Shown: piece by piece, positions 22,781-32,200 of the stretch
How positions within the stretch are numbered: the stretch's first letter is position 1
Layout: each line of letters begins with the position of its first letter
Origin: Octopus bimaculoides
Taxonomy: Eukaryota
Length of the DNA stretch: 32,200 nucleotides
NCBI RefSeq assembly: GCF_001194135.2
Contig: NC_068995.1
Span: 18,415,899-18,448,098, forward strand
Direction of reading: 5' to 3'
The notes under the pieces: model-generated
What the model was told of the DNA's origin: nothing
What the model saw: only the letters and a program-made list of their open reading frames with translations
Database searches by the model: none
Made by a program: the position numbers and the translations under genes

Positions 22781-22970
22781 CTGTTTGATATAATTGACCT
22801 CTCATCAAGTTCTTGAATTCATGTAAGAAAATATTTTCTGACCATAATTTTGTTTTACTTTTGCTTTTAGTTCTAGTTGGCCTGAAGTGGTGGAGAGGCA
22901 TTTTCCGTAGTGTAGGTGGCAGTAAATTTAGCAGTAGTGTCTCTTTTCTCACTTTTGTACCAAAAGACAT
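22781..22970 (-). CDS. Candidate first coding exon of an unknown minus-strand gene (MSFG... or MPLHHFRPTRTKSKSKTKLWSENIFLHEFKNLMRGQLYQT|)
   Basis: A non-repetitive open frame with ATGs at 22970 and 22901 (both with A at -3) ends at the consensus donor CAG|GTAAGA (22781|22780). It lies immediately downstream of the promoter-like motif cluster. No family was recognised. Confidence 0.35.
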
Positions 22971-22979
22971 GATGTTCTC

Positions 22980-23051
22980 GTCACATGATGAGTGGTAGAC
23001 TACTTTATCATGCGACCGTTTTCAGACCAATAGCTAGTCGTTTGGGCGTGG
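22980..23051. promoter_or_regulatory. Candidate core/proximal promoter (E-box, CCAAT box, GC box), possibly bidirectional
   Basis: GTCACATGA 22980-22988, CCAAT 23027-23031 and GGGCGTGG 23044-23051. About 12 CpG were counted by eye in 22900-23180, well above the surrounding background. Confidence 0.45.
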
Positions 23052-23059
23052 TTTAAAAA

Positions 23060-23173
23060 AAAGAAGAAGATTCTTAGAAAACATTTCATGCTCGGTTTCC
23101 AGTTTCAGAGCTCCGAGTTCCCGGTGCTTTCTTACGTTCTCCATTCCTGTTGTTCGAAGTTGCTGTAAGGTTC
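23060..23173 (+). other. Candidate non-coding first exon of a plus-strand gene (5' boundary approximate)
   Basis: A CpG-rich segment downstream of the GC box ends at TTC|GTAAGT (23174-23179), followed by an AT-rich intron-like stretch. Confidence 0.3.
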
Positions 23174-23279
23174 GTAAGTAAAACTTTTCCTCTTAACCAA
23201 CCTAAATAAAAATAAGAATTAATCAATTAATTGATTCAGTAATTAAACAAACTTTATATGTATTGCACTGGCCCATCAA

Positions 23280-23420
23280 AAGTAGTGTGCTTGCAAGTGC
23301 AAGTATGCTTATTGGCGCATGTATGCCTGTTTGTGTGCGTATGTGTGTGTGCATGTGAGTGTGTGCATGTGAGTGTGTGTAAGCGCGTGTGCACGTTCGT
23401 GTGAATGTGTGTGCATGTGG
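23280..23420. repeat. Degenerate (TG)n/(GTGCAT)n repeat
   Basis: Direct reading. Confidence 0.75.
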
Positions 23421-23501
23421 GTGGTATGCAAGCTGATTTATTTTTTATGTTTCTTGCTTGCATAACATGTATAAATAAGTTTGCGATCAAATACAATCTT
23501 T

Positions 23502-23670
23502 GCACGTCGGAGAAAATGGGTTGTGGCAGTTTTATGGCTTAACGTTTCGAGTTCAAATTCTGCTGAGGTCTACTTTACCCTTCATCCTTTCGGTGTAGAT
23601 AGAATATATACCGGTTAAGCGTAGGTCTAGATGTAATCGACTACCGTCTAGGAATTCAGTCCATGTGCAT
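23502..23670 (+). mobile_element. Degenerate family B SINE (5'-clipped)
   Basis: gcacgtcggagaaaatg...gagttcaaattctgctgaggtctactttacccttcatcctttcggtgtagataga...gatgtaatcgacta. Confidence 0.75.
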
Positions 23671-25599
23671 GTGAAGAAATATGTAAAGTGTTTTAAATGA
23701 CAGAAAAGTTTAACTGATTGAATATTTAAAAACACTCGTTTTGTAATCCAGAATAAAGCGATTAACACAGACTCTCACTCACCAACACACACATGCACAC
23801 ACGCGTACACACGCGCACGCGCACCCTCTCTTTCTTTCTTGCCGAGAGAGACAAAGATGTTTGGTATATTTTGTATAGTCCCTAGCAATAGCTCTTTTTA
23901 GCCTCATCTTCTCAATCCGTGTTGCATCTGTCTTTGCAGTTTAGTTTTCTTCCAATTTATCCTTCTGCATTTATGTTTTGTTCTCGATTTTATCATTTAC
24001 TTTCACAGAATTCTTCTTTCTTGCTTCTTGCAAAAATTTCTTCTCACTTTTCGCACGTTTACATAGTCATTTACTTTGATACTCTTTGCCGTATTATAAT
24101 AAATTGATAGTATTTTGGTGAAGTCAAAACGTGGAATATCTATAGCGCAATGTAATTCAGGATTCTTGTTCTCGCCAATTGGCCGTAATGATAATAGTTT
24201 ACATGGCTCAAGAGGCTAAGATTTGTCAACAGAATCTAGAAATATGTTGCTAAGACAAGATGTCCGATTGTGATTACAAAATCTCTAGAATTTTAAATAA
24301 AAATATATTTAGATATTGAAAATGACACAATTCCAACACTAGGCCGATTTTTCTATTTTACCAACAAACAAACTATAACGATTTCTATCACAGAAAACGG
24401 CCATAAATTCTTGAATTTCAATATACGCATTTATATCGAATCTATTACATCACTGGTGGCTAATGATACAGACCACAGGGAGAAGGAAAGCAATGATAAC
24501 TACTGTGACATTGAAAATTGAGACGCAAAGTAGTTTTGATATCTCAAGAACGTCTTTTAATTCACTGTTTCACAGTTCACTGGAAGCCACCTACAAGAAA
24601 GTGGCTTGTTTAACAGAGTGAATTGATCCCAGTATATACCTGCTAGTTAAAAAATCTACACTAAAATGACTATGATAATGCTATTCTATATTTATTTTCA
24701 TATTTCTGGCATTTTTATAAATCTATTTTCTGTTTGCTGTTATACAGTTTTCAACGTTTACAAAACCATCTAGTTTGTAACTAGTAAATAATTTACTAAA
24801 CACACTGAGTTACTTCATTTAATAATAGATTTATTTGCTTTGAATGAGACTGAAATAGCATAGGCGATAGATAACAGAACAAATGATGTCTACCACCTTC
24901 CAATTACCTATTTACTTTATATCGGAAATAATAACGACAGGAGAAATAAATAGTTCTCTTAATTCTATACGTCATTCAAGATTTACCTGATGTAAGCTAC
25001 TAAAACGCAGTAATATTCCAACTCACTGGTAATTTTGAATAACAGTACACGGTAAGTCATAAAACTTTGGCTTGACAGGCTATCATAAAAGGTCAGATAG
25101 TTAAAGACTGATGTTACAATAGGTGTGTTATACCCTTGTTTTATATCCTCTTCAAATCATTTCTTTCCCATGCAGTTACGAAGACTTATCCATTTATACT
25201 TATTTTATTTTTTTATTACTACTAGCTTGTACTATATATGAGCCGACTTACATGACCAGTGCGTAAATGAATGCACTCTGTTATTACATTATAATCAAGA
25301 TGCTAAAATACGAAAGCAACGAATGAAAACTGTCTTAAACCAAATTACAAATTCTTCGAACAAATTGCACGATACGTTTTTATTAGTTAAACATTTATTG
25401 AATTCTTGTCGCTTTTAAAAATCACTGTCTTGCCATTATTATAGATAGCTTTGCTTTACAAGACAATTCAGAATTGTTTTTTTTTTTTTTTGCAATTCAC
25501 TCTATCTTGTAGTCGTACTTCTCTCATCTATCCTGTTTTGAACTTCCTCGCATACATTTATTTCATCCTTCTTAATGTAATTTTCATGAGTCTGCTGGT

Positions 25600-25700
25600 T
25601 CCTGGCAAAATCGTTAACACACCAGACAGGGTATACTTGTAGTATCTGTTCCAGTCCTTTACATTCTGAGTTCAAATTCCACCGAAGCCAATTTCATCTG
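25600..25700 (+). mobile_element. Family B SINE head fragment
   Basis: ctggcaaaatcgttaacacaccagaca...tttacattctgagttcaaattccaccgaagcc. Confidence 0.65.
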
Positions 25701-27465
25701 TCAAAATATCCAGTACTCACAAATTAAAACTCAAGCCAAGTACTGAAAATCATCGCTCTACTTACCCACTCGTTCCACTATCGATCTACCCGGAAGTCTG
25801 AATTACACACTAAACATCTAAACAGGTTAAGCGACACAAGCCATTGAGTGGCGAAGAATTACATCCCCGTGTACCGAGTTCTCTTCGGTGATGTCTGCTC
25901 CTACTGCTGCCCTGTATTTATTCAGTACTGTGTAGAACACTTCACACTCCTGTGTCTGGCTTAATAAAAGTAACGTGGTGTCCGTAATACGAAAGAATAT
26001 GAGTCAAAACCCTTAAATCTCTACCTCTTAACAAATGTCTTCAGAGTCACAAAAAAATATCTTTCTGGATCTATGACGGAGAATCTCACCGGGGGACACT
26101 GTATGTGTTGCAAAATTGCAGCAATAACTGACCATTTTTATAATCATTCTACATACGCCGTTATACATTGAAAAAAAACAGACTTTGAGAAAAAAATCGA
26201 AAGGGGATAATAAAACGGACTGCCGCTAATTCTATAATGGTTATCATTTTGAATGTTCTGAATTGCTCCAAGTGGATCAGAGCTACGATATATCACAAGA
26301 AGTGGACTGTGATGCAAAGAAAATTGCTGAGAATTTTCCTTCAGTTGCAGTGCCATAAGCGTGTATGACAGAAATTTATTCCTCTATTGTCCCTTTATAC
26401 TTTTTTAAACAGACTCGATTGTTTTTAATGTTAATGAGTTTATCACCTAAAATTTTTCGTACTTTTTATAATAAGTTTAAACTACGGACTTCCCCTAGGT
26501 TATTCTTGAGCTGAATAATATGGATATTATTTAATTTTCTTTCTTGTCATGTATATGATGATGGGGGACGGAGAGTGCCTGCTATTGATAGGAACTGTAA
26601 TCTGGCGAGAAAATTTACATATGCTTTGCAATGTATTATAACTGTATATAGTTATAATACATCCTTTAATGTGAAAGATAGAATGAATTTGAATGAGCAT
26701 TATTTACTTGTCTATATTTCAAACTCTCATTTTGGCGTTCGATGCATATAAAATGTGGGGATATATATATTATTGGAAAGGCCAGAGATGCGCGAAATCA
26801 CGTGAGCTGGTAGTCGTGGTAGTAGCTATGTATAGTTATGTAAACAAGAATGCGTATGTGCACCTGAAGCCAATATGAGAGTTTCTTTCATGGTAACTAT
26901 CACAATATTCTGTATCCCAACACAACATCCAGGTTTAAGTGGCGATATATATTATCCTTTGATATTAATACTGCTTCTGTCGCTAACAAATATTTTGACA
27001 TAAAACCACTGGCTATTCGCGACACTAGTGTTTGTTTAGGTACTGTGATTCTAAATATATCACTCGCAGATACATCGCTGTTATTGTCTTCGTCTGTCGC
27101 CTGCTATTGACAATGCTAAGGAAGGCCGAAATCAAGTGATCTGGTAGTCTCGGCTGTTGCGATTGCAGATGATTTATCTCCATGCTAGCAATGTAAACAA
27201 GAGTCTTTATACTCACAGAAAACCAACATAAGAGTTACTCTTACGTTAACCATCGCAGTATTGTGTATTCTAACAGGGCATTCGATTTTAAGCTGGGATA
27301 AATATTACAGTATGGTATTAATACTGATTATGTCGCTAATAATTGTACACCCACACACATATATATAAAGAGGGAAAGAGAGAGAGAGAGAGAGTAGGGA
27401 AGGAGGGAGCATCAACTCTGTGCATCAGTAAAACAGCCTCTTCACCATTTAACCTTCATCTTATC

Positions 27466-27689
27466 CAGTAGTTCTCAACCAGTTTTTTTTTTTACTTATC
27501 GACACTTTGATTCCACTTATCCTCGGTTGGAACCCCGTAGCGAAACAACATTTAAAAATCCTATTATGTTTTTTGTAATTATTAGGAATTGTATTTAAAA
27601 ATTGTTAAAGTATTTTTGTGTTGCAGAAGTATGACCAATGTATTGCACATACAGCAAAATCTCTTATGGACTCCGGTTGAGAACCTCTG
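27466..27689. mobile_element. Non-autonomous hAT (Charlie-like) MITE, 224 bp
   Basis: 15-bp TIRs CAGTAGTTCTCAACC / GGTTGAGAACCTCTG (13/15 match), and 8-bp flanks ATCTTATC and ACCTAATC (6/8 match), consistent with a decayed 8-bp TSD. Confidence 0.85.
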
Positions 27690-29979
27690 ACCTAATCGTA
27701 TCATTACACTAATAAAGTGGAACTTCATGTCTTTTCCAATGAATTATTTTTTTCATGCGTCAGCTATTTATATTTTTCAACATAAAAGAATTTAATCTTA
27801 TTTATGTGAAATGTTTCAAGATAGTTAATCACTTTACCTTATCTTCCAATTTATATAGAAATATAGATAAATATAAATTAACAAATCCTGAATTAACCTA
27901 CAAGCATTTGAATATTATTCCACAGATACTTGTAGTCTTATCGTAATCATCTGAAAGAGGGTAGGGCTGTGTGACATAGTAGATCCATTTAATTATACAT
28001 ATAGAAGCGCTTGTGTTTGCACAAGATCTGCGTATATCCAGTCTCTTTTACAATATTCAAGTCGAGCTGAAATTATTATAGTAGAGATTTGCCAAAGATA
28101 CAATGCAGTAAAATTAAATGGAGAACATCATTATGGGGAAGCGAACTTCTCAGTCACTCGTCTGCATTTACACGCATTTACTTTCCATGAGCTTAAAGGA
28201 AACACTAAATATTACACACACTATCATATCACATAAACTGCTTTCTTTTGACACGATATTATCATATCTGTTATTGAAACTATGCAATTTATATATTTTT
28301 AACATTTCCGTTTAGATTGAAGTTCAACAATAAATTATTGAGTATAATGTGTATCAATAGTAAACCTCGTCTCCACTAGAAGCTATACTGCAATTTAACA
28401 GGATCAGCTGATTACCTAAAGGAAATTTTCCAAGAAATTAGCTCTCAGCTCCCCATGATTTGATCATGTGTTAATCTAGTAAGTGGCAAACAGAAAAGTG
28501 ACACTTATAGCCATTCTGGTTCTATGAGCTTTAATTTAATTAGATATCTTGGGGAATTACTCATATTCTAAGGAGATTTTCGTGCTTGGAAATACTTTAG
28601 TTTAATTAAGAGATAGTGGTGTGAGGAAATCTATCATTTTCAATGTACGGTTTAATTACTTCACAGTTCCATGCTGCAGGAAAATATTATGTAAGACAAA
28701 TGGCAAATATTTATAATTATTTTGTTTCTAATATTTTGTATATCTCTTTTAAATACATAAACACTATTGGAAACTTAAATGGATGATTACAAATAAAATA
28801 GAAGTTGATCAGTGCAAGATGCAGTAGGTCCCATGTGCCGACTGAAATCATTAATCAACTAAATTTCCGTGATTCAACTAAGCAGATTTAGAGCAGAGAA
28901 GAACTTGTAAAATTAAGAAGTGTGAAAGTCTAGAAAGTGATTGCATATGAAAGCCATTTTCATAAGAAACATTCAGAAAAACATTTCAGTACATGACTGG
29001 CTTCTGAAATGCGTATTTGGAAGGTGGCAATTAGAACGGTTTTCTCTGCGGTAAAATGTAAAACAAAATGTTAGTTTTCAAAACAGTGTCAAGCGTTTTC
29101 CGTTCTTCAATTAATGTTTTTAATTTTTTTTCCGCATGGAATAACTAGGTGAAAGGTATAAATTTTGCAATAACCGAAATTATAAGCTTTCTTGAGATGT
29201 ATCAGTGATGAGAGGGCTATTAATCCAGGCAGCATGCAGTTCAGATACTTTACCTGACTCTTGTATCCACCCATAGTAACTTATTTACGACCATTTTTTT
29301 AAATGTTTTATGTGTTACACAAGTAATATATTACATAGAAATGTATGTTCGTGTAAGCAAGAATTGAAATTGTAATGTCGTGATTTCCATCGCCTTTTCC
29401 CTGTCTTCATGCCAAATTCCTGGCATTTGTGTTTTTATTAAGAAGTCGTTCCGTCCAAAGATACTCACCTCGTTGAAAAGACAATTAAAAAGCAATGATA
29501 ATTACATAGCAACTGATTTATACGACAGTATTTAACTGATCAAAAATTAATTATATTTGCTGAGAAAAAAGATTAATAACTCTGACATAGCGGATAATTA
29601 GTGGAGTAATTAAAAGAAATAAAACAAAGAAATCTTCACATTATACATTTTTTTTTCCAAATAACAATGTTATTTATATTGATTTTTGGTATTTAAAAAA
29701 AATGTTTATGATATTCAAATCATCGAGATTCTTAGTGAGCTGGTTCGCATCACCCTAAATAATGATTCAGTTGTGGACAATAATATTTTAAAATAGACCA
29801 GATGGCACATTTTATTTCAATTTAGAAGTGAAATTAGAAGTTATTGACACACCTAGTATCTAACATACACTCCAACCATGGTATTCATAAAAGTCAGATT
29901 AACGTTATGATTGGCACCTAAATAGTTTTTATATCAAATATCAACATCTATTTTGATTGTTTCTTTTGCTTATGCTTAG

Positions 29980-30078
29980 GCTATTGAAAGTTTCTCTAGT
30001 ATTTACCGCCCAGATAACACCAGAACTAACACAACCTTCATGAAATGTGTCTTAATTACAACATTCTTGTCTGTTTTT
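29980..30078 (+). CDS. Candidate 99-nt exon, open in phase 0 (AIESFSSIYRPDNTRTNTTF-MKCVLITTFLSVF); possibly a signal-peptide start at ATG 30040
   Basis: Acceptor ttttgattgtttcttttgcttatgcttag|G (29978-29979) and donor TTT|GTAAGT (30079). The length is a multiple of 3, there are no stops, and the 3' part is hydrophobic. No homology was recognised. Confidence 0.4.
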
Positions 30079-32200
30079 GTAAGTCAAATATCAAATTGTT
30101 GAATTTATCCTTCCTTATATTAAATTGTTGCGTGCGAATTAAGTGACAAAGAGGTACAATTCCACGAAAGCGAAATGAAGTCGGATAAGCTCCACATTAG
30201 TTGGAACTGAGTCGGTAAGATACAGTTTTCTTATGGTTTAGCCATTTAACAATCTGAAGGATTCGAAATGAGTACTGCAATCTAAGCATACGCAATCCCC
30301 AATACTCACAGACAAGGGTGTAAGCGTGTGGCCCTTGAAGGAATTGATCCCAGGCATCTTATAACCTTAGGTGCAATTGCATACTTAGTAGAAAATATCT
30401 CACTTATAGAAACATCATAATTTAAATTGATAGTCTTACTCGGCCAGCTGTAGCCTTCATCAACTGTATAGGCTTTCTAATATATTCTCCAACTTATTGC
30501 AATAAACAGTTGAAATTTTGTAATTGAAACAATTACGAACATTAATGACAATGTGAAACAGTGATAAATATTTATTAATTATCTAATTTCCTTGTGTAAT
30601 CTATCAAATTTAATGAAGAAATTCTCACTAAGAAATGCTTACACATCTCAACGAGCATTTAATCGCCACTTATGTTAACGAAGTACTGTTTTATTAAAAT
30701 ACACACACTATAAAGGCAATGGCGTAGGTGAGTAGAAAGTAATAGGAAATTTAAATCCGAGAAAGCATTTGTTTTCTGTTTTGATCGTATTAATTTAAAT
30801 CACCTCATTCCATTCATGAAAGCTAAATTAATGTCCGTAATATATTCTGATATGGTCCAAATCAGCTTTTTAGCCTTTGATTTAAGACATTTTTAACACA
30901 TTTCTAATAGGAATATAGTGATAAATGTTGTCGTAAACAGAGCAAAGATTCATAAAACTTAAACGTTGCGTCGCTTGAAACAAGAAAATAGTTGAAAGTT
31001 GAAGTGTTTGTACACTGACTGTCATGGGATAGGGATGGCGGCATCTGAGGTATAGGTTTGAGGAAGTTAGAGGGAGGTTAGGGAATGAAAGGAGAGAATG
31101 AAGAATACGTATTCCAAGAAATTGATGGAAAATGTTTAAACAGAATAGTGTAGAAACATATCGTAATAGAAGTGGGATAGCAGAATTGGTGAAGACGAAG
31201 GCGCAGTGAATGTAATATTATTTATATTATTTTTAATGCTCTTTTTCAACATATTTTATTAGCATCTGTGATGTAGCTGGACAATAGCGAAGACAACAGC
31301 GATAATGACATTCACAATGAAAGTGTTGGTGTTGATGTTCGTAGAGTGTCAAAGATGATGACGATAAATAGTAGAAGTATGGTCGGTAAGGAGCGAAAGA
31401 TTATGGGGATAAAAACATTTAATAAAATTAATACTCGTAAATCAGGAAACACGAGTGAAGACAAAAATATACGGCATATGTTTATTAGATATATATTGAG
31501 CCAATATCTTTTACGTATTATAGATATATGTTTGAATATAATATTAATATCTTATTTAATCATAATTTTAGTTATCATGAAACCTATATACGAAGGAACA
31601 GATTTAGTGCTTTAAGTAGAGATGTCATTCGCATGATAAGAAAAATCATCTTTCTAAGCTTTCATAGCAAACAACTTACATGGATGTAACAGACTTATTT
31701 GACAATATGCAAAGCAAGTTCAATTTGGCCATATTAATACTAAAAATATACGCATCTGAGGAGCATTTTAGACAATCATGAAAAAAAGGTGGCCTATTTT
31801 AGCCATTCAGACTTATTAACCTGACGTCTAGAAGTTATCGTATATTCAAATGTTGAATCTACGTTAATCTTAGAAAAGAGCTCGATATCAAAAGACAAAG
31901 TTTCTGGTATGAAACAGAATTATAATGAAAATGCAAAACGCGCATATACTAATTTCAGAAACCCACTGACATTCATTGATTTGCAGAAATTTATGGGTAA
32001 ACGAATAGCAACTATGAGGACTCGGGTTCGATCTGGATGGGAGTCAAATTTAGGTATTAACTAGATTTTTGGGTGAATTTCTAAGACGGGATTTTGCATG
32101 TTCTCAGTGATCACGTGCATATACGTTAACTTCAAGCGCACACACATTCGCGCGCGCGCATATATGTATGTGTACATATACACACACACACATATATATA

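Noticed and set aside
23900-24090. K/E-rich minus-strand reading (AKSIKVNDYVNVRKSEKKFLQEARKK...)
   Set aside because: It has in-frame stops, is driven by purine-rich low complexity, and has no recognisable domain.
26220-26360. Two overlapping open plus-strand frames (FYNGYHFECSELL... and MVIILNV...)
   Set aside because: No flanking acceptor/donor pair and no recognisable motif. Short open frames are expected by chance.
27050-27145. Hydrophobic plus-strand reading YIAVIVFVCRLLLTMLRKAEIK after ...ctcgcag
   Set aside because: The acceptor is weak, the frame terminates, and there is no good donor.
29455-29500. Minus-strand pyrimidine tract + AG|GTGAGT resembling a recursive splice site
   Set aside because: The acceptor is GAG rather than YAG, and there is no evidence of minus-strand transcription in this region.
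1-32200. CRISPR arrays, operons or prokaryotic defence systems
   Set aside because: There is no repeat-spacer array or compact gene cluster. The sequence is a eukaryotic repeat-rich region.

Overview
Eukaryotic, AT-rich, non-coding-dominated nuclear DNA with four assembly gaps. The SINE and LINE families match, from memory rather than a database search, those of octopod cephalopods (Octopus-like). Positions 1 to about 23 kb are a mosaic of microsatellites and decayed mobile elements: R4/Dong, RTE, CR1-like, L1/Tx1-like and Penelope retroelements, three tRNA-derived SINE families and a mariner fragment. Positions ~23.9-32.2 kb are markedly repeat-poor apart from a hAT MITE and a short SINE fragment. 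No intact multi-domain gene, rRNA, tRNA gene or CRISPR array is supported, and nearly all listed ORFs are microsatellite or gap artefacts. The best non-repeat signal is a CpG-enriched island at ~22.78-23.18 kb. It carries an E-box, a CCAAT box and a GC box, and is bracketed by outward-facing splice donors on both strands, so it is a candidate bidirectional promoter. Possible downstream exons lie at 611-642 (-) and 29980-30078 (+). Other notable structures are a ~230-bp fold-back element bracketed by complementary (GAA)n/(TTC)n tracts, R4/Dong insertions at (TAA)n tracts including a SINE tail, and a decayed Penelope-type hammerhead-like motif. All gene-model calls are hypotheses from splice signals only.
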